From positions 14,444,364 to 14,508,363 of the forward strand of contig NC_057719.1 in assembly GCF_004010195.1 (NCBI RefSeq): a stretch of 64,000 nucleotides of DNA, in the 5' to 3' direction. A program made the translations under genes and the position numbers. A model generated the notes under the pieces. That model was not told the DNA's origin, searched no databases, and worked only from the letters and a program-made list of their open reading frames with translations. Numbering within the stretch: the first letter of the stretch is position 1; every line of letters begins with the position of its first letter. Source of the DNA: Chiloscyllium plagiosum (Eukaryota). Below, in pieces: positions 1-13,240 of the stretch.

Positions 1-393
1 GATTAAACAGTAAGCACGCCTAAATGGGGAAAGAAAAGTGAAAAATGGGACTGTACCTTTTCTCCACTTGTTGCTGATTAGCATTTAAATCCCAAAACGA
101 TTTGAAGCAGATCAGTGGATGCTTACCTTGCATTAAAAATCTCAGTGAAGGGATTATTTGTGAGAAATCACCAGTCATGGGATATTACAAAGGACTTTCC
201 CTTCTGAGGTAATGAGAATAACGATGAATGTGATGATTTAAATGAGTGAGAGTTCACTGATCAGAAATTCACCATCAAGTTAAACAGCACAATTATGTTG
301 TCCCTCCCAAAATAGCGACACAAATTTTCACCATCATGGCAAGTAGTTTACTTTTCTATGTATTTACATTTCATTGATTATATTTTTGAAAAT

Positions 394-1055
394 TCATTTC
401 TGGGATGTGGGTGTTGCTGACGTGGCCAGCATTTATTTCCCATCCCTAGTTGCCCTTGAGAAGGTGGGGGTGAGCTGCCTTCTTGAACCCCTGCAATCCA
501 CCTGACCTGGGTCCACAATGCCATTAGGGAGGGAATTCCAGGATTTTGGCCCAGCGACAGTGAAGGAACTCGGATATGTTTCCAACTCAGGATGGTGAAT
601 GACTTTGAGGGGAGCTTGAAGGTGGTGGTGTTCCCATGTATCTGCTGCCCTTGTCCTTCTAGATGGAAGTGATTGTGGGTTTGGAAGGTGCTGTCTGAGA
701 ATTTCTGGTGAATTTCTGCAGTGCATCTTGGAGATAAAACACACTGCGGGTACTGAGCGCCAGTGGTGGAGGTAGTGGATGTTTGTGGGTATAGTGCCAA
801 TCATGTGGGTTGCTTTGTCCTGGATGGTATCAAGCTTCTTGAGTATTGTTGGAACTGTAGTCATCCATGCAAATGGGGAATATTCCATCACACACCTGAC
901 TTGTGCCTTGTAGGTGGAGGACAGGCTTTGAGGATTCAGGAGGTCAGTTAGTTGCCGCAGTATTCCTAGCCTCTGACCTCCTCTTGTAGCCAATATATTT
1001 ATGTGGTGGGTCCAGTTGAATTCCTGGTCAATGATAACCCCCAGGACACTGATAA
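394..1055 (-). mobile_element. Non-LTR retrotransposon 3' fragment (CR1/L2 group, not HER1)
   Basis: ORF 433-993 has a post-RT motif YKAQVRCVMEYSPFAW...LDTIQDKA. Its 3' tail recurs at 34650-34935 and in several SINE-like copies. Confidence 0.8.
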
Positions 1056-1264
1056 TATCTCACCGTATTAATTAATTTTCCCCTCAAACAAAAAACTGTT
1101 TCCAAAAATCAACAATATAAACTGAGCGGATATGTGTCACGTTGCGTATTCTGTCTTGTATCGGAGTGAGCTTATGGCTGTGCTAATCATTTTCCTTCTC
1201 TCTACTTGAAATGGAACCACTGCAACTGCATCAGGTGCCTCTACAATGTCAATGGGCACAGTAG

Positions 1265-1378
1265 TCATGATTTGGAGATGCCGGTGTTGGACTGGGGTGT
1301 GAGAAGCGGAGCTCCGAAAGCTAGTGTGCTTCCAATTAAACCTGTTGGACTATAACCTGGTGTTATGTGATTTTTAAC
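1265..1378. mobile_element. Short hammerhead-bearing repeat, family D fragment
   Basis: gctccgaaagctagtg...gttggactataacctggtg; homologous to 18433-18622 and 46740-46841. Confidence 0.7.
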
Positions 1379-2614
1379 AATAGACACAGTGACATTCTGA
1401 ACTCCCTATCCACACTGAGCAACGTCAATGCATCAGGCTATGTGTAACTTTGTCAGACTGGTTCTCTCACAACTAGGTTTGTGTGGGGCAAGCTCCAGCT
1501 CAGAGATAGTGTTTCAGTGCAGAAGGAAAGCCAGCATCCTCTGGCCAAGGAGGATGGCTTACATGTTGCTGTCTGGCCATGTGCTGCCTCAATGTCAGAT
1601 GGAACATGGCAAACAAATCACATGCTTAAAAACTGTGATAATGTGTGAAAGTCAAAGTGGACTTATTGGAGTTAGGTTGGGCTCCAATCAGTTGTGGTAC
1701 TTCCACAGTTAGTCCAGTGTTTGGGTTATTTCTAGTCTCAGGGCTTGGCTATGGTCAGTCAGGTGCCAAACCGGGAATCCACATCATTACAGTCTATGAG
1801 GTCGGGGCACAGTCAGATCCAGAATTTAAATGGAAGCAGCCAAGGCCTTCTTACAAGTCAGCCACCAGGATACTATTGTGAACTCAGTTTGGGGAATGGG
1901 CTGCAATTATTCAGAGCGGGGGGGGGGGGGGGGGATGGTGAAAGGTCAGTAGTGTCATACGAATCAAAAGGCATGAGGAGACATGTCAAACAGAGGGATA
2001 ATCTAGGGTTATGAATGCAAATAGAACCTTACCATATTGGTCCAAAATCAACTGCATGGAAATAACATTTCAATGTGGAGTAAAGAGCCTCTGGAGTGGG
2101 AGGGGTAAGTAACTGATTTTGGTTTGGGATGGTAGGGATGGGGTTTGGAGGTGGGGGAGGGCGAGTGCAGCACTAGAGTGTGAGGCCATCGCCACGGGGT
2201 AACTGACAGCAATCACCAAGCCTGCAGTGATTGAGCAATGCTATTCATCTGCATTCAATTCGCAGCTAATCTGGAAGTCATCATTCATCTGAACATCTGA
2301 TTCCAAAATGTAATCATGAACTAATCATTTGCAGTGCATTGATTGCCAGACTCAATGGAGCAAGGTACTCTCAACAACAACCTTGTCTTCCCAAAATGGC
2401 CAAGGGACAAAATCCCAAGGACTGCAAGCCAATGGATGAAAACTGCTATATCCGCATATCCCACAAGGAAAAACCAACAAAAATGGCAAGCGATACATCC
2501 TGAACTACCTTGTCTTATGCAATTGAAAATAGAGGATCAGGATGACCAATACATTCATATCTAAGTAGTACTGTCTGTTTTCTTTTTAAGCATTTCTCAT
2601 TTTTAAATACAATA

Positions 2615-3437
2615 GGTCAATGGGCTGAAAAATGGCAGATGAAGTTCAATCTGGATAAATATGAGGTATTGCAGTTTGGTACAACAAACAAGGGTGGGGC
2701 TTATACAATTAATGGTAGGGCCATGGGTAATGTTGTAGAACAGAGGGACTCAGGAGTTCAGGTGCGTAATTCTTTGAAGTTTGCGTCATATGGAGACAGG
2801 GTGGTTAAAAAGGTGCACTTACATTCATTGTTCAATTGTTTGAGTATAGGAGTTGGGAAGTCACGTTGTACAGGACATAGTGAGGCCCCTTCTGCAATAC
2901 TGTGTCCAGTTCTGGTCGCCCAATTATAGGAAGTATATCATTAATCTGGAGAGGATTCACAAGAGCTTTACCAGGAAGTTGCCAGGTATAGAAGGTTTGA
3001 GTTATAAAGAAAGAGTGGCTAGGTGGAGACGTTTTTTGCACTGGAGCGTAGAAGGTTGAGGGGTAACCTGATAGAAGTTTATAAGATAATGAGGTATAGA
3101 TATACTTAATGGTAATTGTCGTTTCCCTAGGATGGGGGGATTTCAAGATGAGAAGTCATATTTTTAAGGTGAGAGGAGAGAGATTTAAAAGAGACACGAG
3201 GGGCAAATTTTTACACAGAGGGTAGTTCACATGTGAAATGAACTTCCTGAGGAAGTGGTGGGTGTGGGTACAATTACAACATTTAAAGGACATTGGAATA
3301 AGTTTGTGTACAGGAAAGGTTTGGAGGGATATGGGCCAGGAGCAGGCTGGTGGGACTAGTTTAGTTTGGGATTATGTTCGGCATGGACTGGTTGGACCGA
3401 AGGGTCCGTTTCTGCGCTGTATGACTCTTTGACTCTA
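2615..3437 (+). mobile_element. CR1/HER1 LINE 3' fragment
   Basis: Peptides WQMKFNLDKYEVLQFG and VRPLLQYCVQFWSP; (ATGACTCT)-type tail. Confidence 0.92.
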
Positions 3438-3940
3438 AGACATTACTACCAAACAGAATGGAGAGGACTATTGGAATTTGACTGCATGGTAGCTTTGTTG
3501 AGTCACTTTACATGAGGTTAGGATATATCATTCGAATCTCTGGGAGCACAATAGGTTTAATTCCTTGTTTTGGCAACACACTGAATCTGTAACATTCAGC
3601 TTCATTACAAAGCAAACAGAGGGGTTTCAGGGCTCCGACATACCTTCAACGGCATTTGTTTAATCTCTCTTACCTTTTCTCATTGGGCATTTCAACTTAG
3701 GAATGAATGGCCAGAGTATCTGGCTGTGCTTCCAAAGGTGCTACTAATCCAATGAAACTGATGCAGAATACGGGAGAGTGAACATGTTCTGCGGGTCGCA
3801 CGTGAACAGAAGCCACGACTGGGTACTGTGCTGCAGCCAGAGGGAAAAGTGGCAGGACAAGTTCTACTGAGGAAATCAAAAGCTCCAACAGGCAATCGCA
3901 TCTACAGACTTTGGTGCAGCTTTCTGAAAATGACTTGTCG

Positions 3941-4090
3941 AGGAGAAAGTGAGGGCTGCAGATCAGAATCAAAGAGAATGGTGCTGGTAAAGTCCTGATG
4001 AAGGGCTTCTGTCCGAAACATCAACTCTCCTGCTCTTCAGATGCTGCCTGATCAGCTGTGCTTTTCTAGCACCACACTCTTCGACTCTGG
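3941..4090. mobile_element. Short inverted-repeat element, family A, with + strand hammerhead core at 3995-4022
   Basis: agtc CTGATGA agggc ttct gtcc GAAA ca tc aact. Confidence 0.75.
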
Positions 4091-4237
4091 AAATGACTGT
4101 CACCCAGTGCAGAAGGAAAGAGATGTTCCCAACCATCAGGTCATGTGGATGCCAGATACTGACCTGATATGGACCTGGTGGCAATCACATCCTGGTAACT
4201 CTCACCATTAATGCGGTTTTGTGTTTTTTTTTTAAAT

Positions 4238-4475
4238 AGGAGAAAGTGAGGACTGCAGATGCTGGAGATCAGAGCTGAAAAATGTGTTGCTGGAAAAGCA
4301 CAGCAGGTCAGGCAGCATCCAAGGAGCAAGAGAATTGATGTTTCGGGCATAAGCCCTTCTTCAGGAATGACCTTCCTCATTCCTGAAGAAGGGCTTATGC
4401 CCAAAACGGCGATTCTCCTGCTCCTTGGATGCTGCCTGACCTGCTGCGCTTTTCCAGCAACACATTTTTCAGCTT
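4238..4475. mobile_element. Fold-back element, family A, with two opposed hammerhead cores
   Basis: Arms 4272-4369 and 4378-4474 are near-perfect reverse complements. Cores at 4336-4364 (-) and 4383-4411 (+; GAAA mutated). Confidence 0.85.
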
Positions 4476-5135
4476 TTTTTTAAGTTGGCCATTTCAGAAA
4501 ACAATTGGATATCCTTGTGGTATTTCACATCCCTCAACCCACAAATGCATCTGGGGTGGACAGTGAGAACCTTGAGATACACCAAGACCAACATGGAAGA
4601 GAAGACAACACACCAAGTGGTTTAGAAATCTATAACGGCAGATTGAGCTTTATAGCTCTGTGCCACTAGGACATCTGTGCTAAATGAAGACCTTTTATTT
4701 ATAATTTTGTCATTTGAGCAATTGCAGACCGTCCTCTGCTTGGTGGAGCACAAATTTCGAAGGAGTTATCTTGCTGTTGCTGTTCATTATACTAGTTAGT
4801 AAAATGTTCAGTTCTTCATTTCAATGTGCATGTCACATACTCACTTGTATGAAAGCTAAGGTGCCTTGCTTGAGTCTAGAATTAGCAATACAAAGGGACT
4901 TCCATTACACTGTGCTCCAAGGTGTTTTTCCTAAAATTACCCTCGTGCCAAAGACATATGGATCCCATCTCGGAATGCATTTCTTCATGAGGATTGCCAA
5001 GGTGTCACTCATTCAGAGTTTGCTTCTTCAGAGCATTCCTTCAACATTATGCCTTCAAAACTCTGGTGCTCTAAGCCTTCACTAGACCCTTGCTAAGTCC
5101 AAGCATCCTCTATAACAGTGTTACAACTACAATGA

Positions 5136-5330
5136 TAGACAAGCAGGAGGCTGGAAGAACACAGCAAGCCAGGCAGCATCAGGAGGTGGAGAAGTCAACG
5201 TTTCTCCTGAAGAAGGGTTACACCCAAAACATTGACTTCTCCACCTCCTGATGCTGCCTGGCTTGCTGTGTTCTTCGAACCTCCTGCTTGTCTACCTTGG
5301 ATTCCAGCATCTGCTGTTTTTTTGTCTTTT
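5136..5330. mobile_element. Fold-back element (family A-related) with decayed hammerhead core
   Basis: Inverted arms tagacaagcaggagg... and ...cctcctgcttgtcta; central ctgaagaagggttacacccaaaac. Confidence 0.75.
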
Positions 5331-5344
5331 ACAAATACAAAGAA

Positions 5345-6182
5345 CTGGGTGTAGGTTTGCTCGCTGAGCTGGAAGGTTAGTTTTCAGACATTTCATCACT
5401 ACTAGGTAACATCATCAGGGAGACTCGAGATGAAGCACTTGTGGCATGGCCCGTTTTCTATTTTTGTGTTTAGGTTTCCTTGGGTTGGTGATGTTATTTC
5501 CTGTGGTGACATTACTTCCTGTTCTTTTTCTCAGGGGGTGGTAAATGGGATCCAGGTCAATGTGTTTGTTGATAGAGGTCAGGTTGGTAAACCATGTTTC
5601 TAGGGATTCTCGTGTGTGTCTCTGTTTGACTTGTCCTAGGATGGATGTGTTGTCCCAAAGTAGTGTCCTTCATCATCTGTATGTAAGGATATTAGTGAGA
5701 AAGGGTCATTTTTTTTGTGGTTAGTTAATGTTCTTGTATCCTGGTGGCTAGTTTTCTGCCTGTTTGTCCAATGTAGTGTTTGTTACAGTTCTTACAAGGT
5801 ACTTTGTGAAGGACATTAGTTTTGCTTGTCGTCTGTATAGGGCCTTTCAAGTTCATTAGCTGTTGTTTTAATGTGTTGGTGGGTTTGTGGGCTACCATGA
5901 TACCAAGAGGTCTAAGTAGTCCGGCAGTCATTTCTGAGATGTAGGGGAGAGTGGCTAGGATTTCTGGACGTGTTTGTCTGCTTGTTGGGGTTTATTGTTG
6001 ACAAATTGGTGGACTGTATTCATTTAATACACTGTATCGGTGATTTTCCTCTGCTCTACTTAGTTCCTCTGTGCTGCAGTGTGTGGTGGCAATAATGTTC
6101 TAATGCAGCTTCGTCACCACAGGAAATGACATCACAAACCCAAGGAAACCTAAACACATAAATAGAAAGCAGGCCATGCCAA
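5345..6182 (-). mobile_element. Penelope-like element 3' part with short inverted 5' piece
   Basis: GIY-YIG-like peptide NVLHKVPCKNCNKHYIGQTGRKLATRIQEH; hammerhead core at 5387-5418 (-); inverted segment 6113-6182. Confidence 0.9.
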
Positions 6183-6629
6183 ACCTCACCTCTGAACAGC
6201 TTGATTAGAAAATACCTAAGAACTGTGCTTTGGTCTACTGTGGAGTATTGGTACAGTTCCTATCCTTGGACTGAGAATCATTAAGGCTCTTACAACACGG
6301 AACAGTGAATTGATGTTAATTATTCCTTCCCCTCCATAAATGCTTGAAATTTGGCTCTTCAAATGAACACAAAATCTAAGGAATTTGCTTAAATGTTTTA
6401 AAAAGAACCACAGATTTATCGAAAATGTTGAGCTAATGACCTCTCACATTCATACTTATCTTTGTGACATTGCATTGAATAATCTTTACATAAGTAGCAA
6501 ACACAGGTGCAAGCTGTCAAAAACATAACATTTTTGAAAAACAACATGTATAAAACAGCCCCTTGAAACTCAACTGTGCCAATAAATAAACCATCAGCAA
6601 CAGTTGTACAACATTATACATAAATTTCA

Positions 6630-8135
6630 CCTCATCGTGCTGGCACGGTCAATAAACATCCAGGCAATCTAATCCCATTTCCAGCACTTGGCTTGTAGCC
6701 TTGTATGCTATGGAGATTTAAGGATTCATCAAAAAAGTTCATGAGTCTTGAGGGTTTCCACCTCGAACATCCTTTTAGATAGGGAGTTCCAGATAGTCAC
6801 AACTCTCCGGGTGAAAAAAAATCTCACATCCTCTATAAACCGCCTGCTCCTTACCTTAAAACTGGTCCCATGGTTGTTGACCCATCTACGAAGGGAAAAA
6901 GTTCCTGCTTATCTACCTTGTCTGTGGCCCCAGAACACTGTACCCCTCAATCAGATCCTTCCTTGCCTTCTCTGCTTGAAAAAAACAATCCCAGTCTCTC
7001 TGTAGAGCTGAATCGTTTCAGTGCACGCTACATCCTGGTGAATTTCCTCTGCACTTTCTATTTGGGGCAGCATAGTGGTTAGCACTGCTACCTCACAGTG
7101 CCAGAGATGTGGGTTTGAAGCCACCCTCAGGCAAACTGTCTTTGTGGAATTTGCCCATTCTCCACATGTCTGTGTGGGTTTCCTCTGGGCACTTCATTTT
7201 GGGTTGGTTAGCCATGCTGACATTGTCCATAGTATCCTGGAGTGTGCAGGTTGGGGAGACTGGTCATGGGGAGGTGCAGCGTTACTGGGATAAGGTTGGA
7301 GGGCTGGGTTGGATGCTCTTCCCAGGGTCAGTGTGAACTTGATGGGCCAAGTGTTCTGCTTCTAAACTGTAGGGATTCTATGATTCTACTGTAAATCATA
7401 TCTTTCCATTAGTATGGATCGAGAACTGGAAGCAGTTCTCCAGCTATGACCTTACTAGTGATTTCTACAGCTCCATCATAACCTTCTTGCTCTTGTATAC
7501 AATGCCTCAACTAATTGAGCCACTTACCATGCTGTTTCCAGGGATGGCGGGACTGACATACGAGAGGAGATTGACTGAGTTAGGATTGTTTTCACTGGAG
7601 TTCAGACAAATGAGGGGAGATCGCAGAGACTTTTAACATTCTAACAGAACTAGACAGGTAGATGCAGAGAAGATGCTCCCAATGGAGGGTGTATCCAGAA
7701 CCAGGCGCCACAGTCTGAAGATTTGGGGTGGACCATTTAGGATGGAGATGAGGAAATATTTCTTCACCCAGACAGTGGTGAGCCTGTGGAATTCATTCCA
7801 CAGAAAGTAGTTGATGCCAAAACATTGAATTTATTCAAGAGACGGCTAGATATAGCACTTAGTGCAAGTGGGATCAAAGATTAGGCTATTCAGTTGGATG
7901 ATCAGCCATGATGATGATGAATGGTGGAGCAGGCTCAAAGGGTCGAATGGCCTCCTCCTGCTCCTTACTTCTATGTTTCCATATCTTCTTAACTACTTTA
8001 TCAACTTGACTTACTGTCTTCAAGGATCTATGGAAATGCACACCAAGGTCCCTCTGTACTTCCAAGGTTTTAACATTTAACGTGTATTTCATTAATTTGT
8101 TCATTCTCCCAAAATGCATCACCTCACACTTCCAC
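6630..8135. mobile_element. Cluster of CR1 fragments (both strands) with a nested HE1 SINE (~7063-7390, +)
   Basis: CR1 3' motifs (MMHFGR..., cttcacccagacagtggtgagcctgtggaattc); SINE tRNA head gtggttagcactgctacctcacag. Confidence 0.8.
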
Positions 8136-9509
8136 TTGCACGTAAGGGAAGATGACTGGTGCAGAACTCAGTGCTGAAGAGCCAACTCAACAGGTACCCA
8201 TTCAGTTTTTGGTCTCAAATTTTTCAAGCATCAAGTTTCTTGATTGTATAGAAGTTATTACAGAAGAGAATGTTAATTGTGTAATTAATGAGATGCTTAT
8301 GCTTGTTAATAGGCTACCTGTATATGATGTTGAAATGGTGATCTCACCCTCTAAGAATTAAATTTTGGACTGTTCTTTTGTGACAGCAAGAATCTGATAT
8401 TTGGAATCTCACCCAATTAATTCATCAGCCATTAATTAGCTGCCATTGTTCCCATGACCACAATAGAGGGGGAAGACTTGCCCTTAATTCTATAGAGTCT
8501 ATCTTTGAAGAAGTTCAACTCACAGGAACATCTTTGGTGCAACTGCATTTATATATTCAACTGCTGGGCTAATAAGGAATGAAGACTGACAAAGTTAATT
8601 ATTACATGACATTATATTGGACAATCTCTAAATAACTTGCAAAACCAGCTGCAAGTTGTGAAAAACAACATTTCTGAAAAACAAAATGCATAAAAAATGC
8701 CCCTTGGTACTCAACTGCGCCAATAAATTAAACCATCTGCAACTGTCATATAACATCATACAATAATTTTGTTTACATAATTTCTATACCAATCTGTTCG
8801 GAGATGCTATTCTACATCTCTGGAGCAGCTAGGACTTGAACCTAGGTCTCTAGTTTCAGAGGTAGGGTCGCAGTCATTATACCATGACCCCTAGTAAGTT
8901 TGTTTAAATTAGATTGTGTGACCCTGAGAGCCTGACCTCCAAATGAAATAGGAACAGAGTCAGACTATTTGTCACCTTGAACCTGTCCCATTATTAGACA
9001 TGCTTACAGCTGATCCAACATTCCCCACATCCACTTTCCTGCCTTTTCTCTGTAACCCTGTTATCCATTATCCATTATCCAGGAGAAACAAATTGAAAGG
9101 GGAAATAATAAAGTTCCTACTTTTATGTGAAGTAACACCAAAACATAGACATCACCTCATGGATTAGTGCAAAGTTTCCACATGCAATTCAGAAAAGCCT
9201 TTGTCAATGGGATGAATCGTGCCATATTTTGGGAAAGTACAAATTTTGTCAAGTTTCATGGAGGGATTTCTTTTTCCATGAGATCCAGAGAGTTACACTG
9301 TTATCCTAAATTTACCTTGTTAAATAGATACCACACCCTGAAAATGCCTCTCACACCAACTAAACCACTTGCTGTAGCCAGATGTTCTAACTCTAGCTGG
9401 GTCACCCCAGGATCCCTGGCACTGTTATCACCTTAAAAACCTGGTATGAACCTGGTCAATGTTGTCAACCCAGAACTGTCCTGCACGATTCGTGACATTT
9501 AACCTGGGC

Positions 9510-9732
9510 ATGACAGATAGGGATAAACTGGCAACTTGCTTTGCGGACAGAACCTGGAAGTCTTGTTGCATGGGTTGGTACATAGGAGGGATTTCCTCTT
9601 CCTCAGGATGACCAGAGGAAGCTTCAATACTAGAATGTGCCAGCCTGGGTCAGGGCAATCTCAACTGGCTGGCTGAAAGAACACCCAGCAGTGAAACATA
9701 AGGATCAACGACCTTGGTTGCTTTGCCAGTGA
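9510..9732 (+). pseudogene. Decayed Myb/SANT-like ORF, probably PIF/Harbinger-derived
   Basis: Reading across frameshifts gives MTDRDKLATCFADR/NLEVLLHGLVHRRGFPLPQDDQRK...PAWVR.../NTQQ*NIRINDL, resembling the F-x-D-x-x-LEVLL...AW...QCRKRxNDL trihelix pattern. Confidence 0.5.
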
Positions 9733-10359
9733 AATTGCCACTATCATTTCTCTGCCATTTCATCCATCTCCCACCAAGTTTCAGGCTCTACCACTCTCAC
9801 TATTGCATATGACATCTCCCTCGGTATGTCGTATCCACATAATTCTGCACAACCCCATCCTTGCATTCTCTCTACGCTGTCCACTCACTCACTCAGGACA
9901 TCTCACCTTCTTTCCCCTACCTGGCCCAGCACTAACAGCTGTGCCTCTTACTTTGATATCACTCAATCTCTCTTATATTCCAGGAGAAAACAGAGTGCAA
10001 TAGTACAGGAAGAGCCTCAGCGAGTGGATGGGTGCCCAGGTTTCGGCCTCTCACCCTCTACAAGGAGCTGATCCTGACCCTGACTGCCATGAAGACCCGC
10101 ACCCACATCTGTGGACTGATATCAGAGGCAGCCTTTCACTTTGTATTTTACAACTTCTTGACCAAAGAGTGTTTTCCTTAACTCGACTGAGGACCACTCC
10201 TCTTAGCCTTTTGGACGTAGCCATTAACTTGAACCACAGGCCATGTGTTTGCCACAACGTGCTGTTGTGAGATTGCCACAGCATGGTGTTATACTATAAC
10301 ATGTCCACTCCCTTGAGAGATTACTGCCTCCGGCCGTGGCAAGACTGCAGGTATTTTGT

Positions 10360-13240
10360 TTGATGCTAAAACCCCCTACAATTTTGAAGGAAGTACTGAA
10401 GCGGAGGGACCTCGGGGTTCATGTGCAGAATTCGCAGAAGGCGGCTAGTTGAAACAAATGTTAAGGCAGCTTTTTGGATCCTTGAGTTTATAAGTAGAGA
10501 GATAGAGTATAAAAGTAAGGAAGTGATGATACACCTGTACAAATCATTGGGCAGACCACAGTTGGACTATTGTGTTCAGTTCTGGCATCTTAAGACATAG
10601 AATATTACAATGCAGTACAGGTCCTCCAGCCTTTGAAGTTGCATCAACCTGTGGAACAAATCTGAAGCCCACCTAAACTATACTATTCCATTCTTGTCCA
10701 TATGTTTATCCAATGACCATTTAAATGCGCTTAGAGTTGGCGAGTCTACTATTGTTGCAGGCTGGGTATTCCACACCCCTGTTACTCTCTGAATAAAGAA
10801 ACTACCTCAGATATCTGTCCTATATCTATCACCCCTCAATTTAAAGCTATGTCTCTTTGTGCTAACCATCACCATCCGAGGAAAAAGGCTCTCACTATCC
10901 ACCCTATCTAACCCTCTGATTATCTTATATTAGTCAATATATATCTACTTATATATCAATACCAGGTTTATATCTATTAAGTCACTTCAAAACATTCTAC
11001 TTTCTAATGAAAACAGCCTCACATTCCTCAGGCTTTCCTCATAAGTCCTTCCCTCCTTACCAGGTAACATCCTGACCCCTTTTCAAAGCTTCCACATCCT
11101 TCCTAATATGCGGTGACCAGAACTGTACGCAATACTCCAGATGCAGCCTAACCAGAGTTTTAGTATAGCTCAAGCATGACCTCCTGGCTCCAAAACTCAA
11201 TCCCTCTACCAGTAAAAGCCACCACATTGTATGCCTTCTTAACAACCCTATCAACCTGGGTGGCAACTTTCAGGGATCTATGCACAAGGACACAGATCTC
11301 TTTGCCCATCGACACTACTAAGAATCTTACCATTAGCCCAGTACTCTTTATTCCTGTTACTTCTTCCAAAGTGAATCACCACACACTTTTCCACATCAAA
11401 CTCCATTTGCTACCTCTCAGCCCAGCTCTGCAGTTTATCTATGTCCCTCTGTAACCTGCAACAGCTTTGACACTATCCACAACTCCACTGACCTTAGTGT
11501 CATCTGTAAATTTACTAACCCATCCTTCTACACCCTCATCCAGGTCATTTATAAAAATGACAAACAGCAGTGGCCCCAAAACAGATCCTTGAGGTACAGC
11601 ACAAATAACTGAACTCCAGGATGAACATTTCCATTCAAGCACTACCCAGTGTCTTCTTTCAGCTTGTCAATTTCTGAACCTTATTTAAGGTAGGAAGTTA
11701 AAACCCTGGAGAGATCACAAAGGGGGGTTTACTAGAATGATAGCAGGAATGAGGGATTTTAAATACAAAGGAAAAAAAAATAGAGAAATTGGGCTAATTC
11801 TCCTTGGAGCAGAGAAGGTGAAGAAGTAACCTTATTGAGGTGTTCAAAATTATGAACAATTTTGACAGGAGACAGGAAGATATTCTGTAGATATTAATTC
11901 ATATGTTATTAATGTTATGGACCAGGTCAGACCTCCACAAAACATTTTAAGAAGGTAGCCTAGACCCTAACTTTTTCTTATTTTAAAGGTAGATGTGGAG
12001 CGGATATTCCAGGTGTGAAGCAGCTGGTCAAACCACTCAGCTTTAAGTAAAACAGAATTTATTTAAACACAATGGTTCAAACATCTGATGAACTGTGGGA
12101 CCTTGTTTTCACTGTAGCTGCTTCCCCGTGACGAGCAGTTTCTGACTGCCTGCTTAAAAAAAAACTAGAAAAAATCCTGAATTGACAGAGCTGGCTACTC
12201 CCCTGCGATTGTTGAAGTAGTCATTTCCAGACATATTGGCACTTCGGCCTTTGCGAACCCTCTTGAAACAAAACAAGGAGAAAACAACCTTGTGAAAGGG
12301 GCAGCATAATCACAGTAACTAGTGGTCACAATTTCAAGATTGTCAGCAAGAGAGCTAGGAGTGAGAGGAAGAAAAACTTTGTTTGGTATGCTTGCCTTTA
12401 TTGGTCATTGCATTGAGTATAGGGGTTAGGAGGTCATGTTGCAGCTGTACAGGACATTGGTTAGGCCACTATTGGAATATTGCATACAATCCTGGTCTCC
12501 CTGCTACAGGAAAGATGGTGTGAAACTTGAAAGTGTTCAGAAAAAAATTGCAAAAAATGTTGCCAGAGTTAGAGGGTTTGAGATATAGGGAGAGGCTGAA
12601 TGGACTGCGGCTATTTTCCCTGGAGCATCAGAGGCTGAGGGGTGACCTAATGCTCATTTATATAATCATGAGGGGCATGGTTGGGGAAGTAGACAAGCTC
12701 TTTTCCCAGGGTGTGGGAGTCCAAAACTAGAAGCCATATGTTTAAGGTGAGAGGGGAAAGATGTAAAAGGGACCTAAGGGACAGCTTTTTCACACAGAGG
12801 GTGGTACAGCGATGGAATGAGTTGCCTGAGGAAGTGGTGGAGGCTGGTACAATTACAACTTTTAAAAAGCATCTGGATGGGTATATGAATAGGAAGGATT
12901 TAGAGGGATATGGGCCAAATGCTGGCAAATGGAACTAGATTTATATAGGATATCTAGTCAGCGTGGATGAGTTGGGCTGAAGGGCCCGTTTCCGTGCTGG
13001 ATATCTCTATTACCCTATGACTTGACTGAGAGTTGTTAGGATTTGGAATATGCTGTCTGGGAGGGTGGTGGAGGTGGATGCCACAGGAACATGCATAAGA
13101 AATCTGGGTATATATTTGATAGTGATGAAGTTAGAGGTCTATGGAGATGGAGACGGGAGAATGGGACTAGTTGGGTAGCTCTTTTGGGAGCTGGTACAGA
13201 CATGATGGATCGAATAGCCTCCTGTTACATTGTAAAAATC
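10360..13240. mobile_element. Nested CR1 stack: old + copy interrupted by a - CR1 (~10596-11678), a solo LTR and a younger + CR1 (~12381-13022)
   Basis: RT motifs [22 protein letters not shown]...SKFTDDTK (11439-11642 -), LEYCVQFWSP and FFTQRVVQRWNELP. Confidence 0.88.
11913..12314. mobile_element. Probable solo LTR
   Basis: Begins TGTTA and ends TCACA, interrupts a CR1 3' end, and is flanked by ttaa/gtaa (4-bp TSD with one mismatch). Confidence 0.6.

Noticed and set aside
120..215. Strong minus-strand donor CAAG|gtaagc at ~128
   Set aside because: The upstream translation is not LTBP-like and there is no convincing acceptor.
3670..3925. Minus-strand stretch with an acceptor-like tttcag and donor-like gtaaga, a possible next LTBP exon
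   Set aside because: No frame gives the expected hybrid-domain CCGSVG..WG pattern, and stops occur before the donor.
10051..10284. Minus-strand CCG-containing stretch as the hybrid-domain exon
   Set aside because: The frame with CCG (PCCGNLTTARCGKHMACGSS*) hits a stop and lacks the conserved WG and splice sites.
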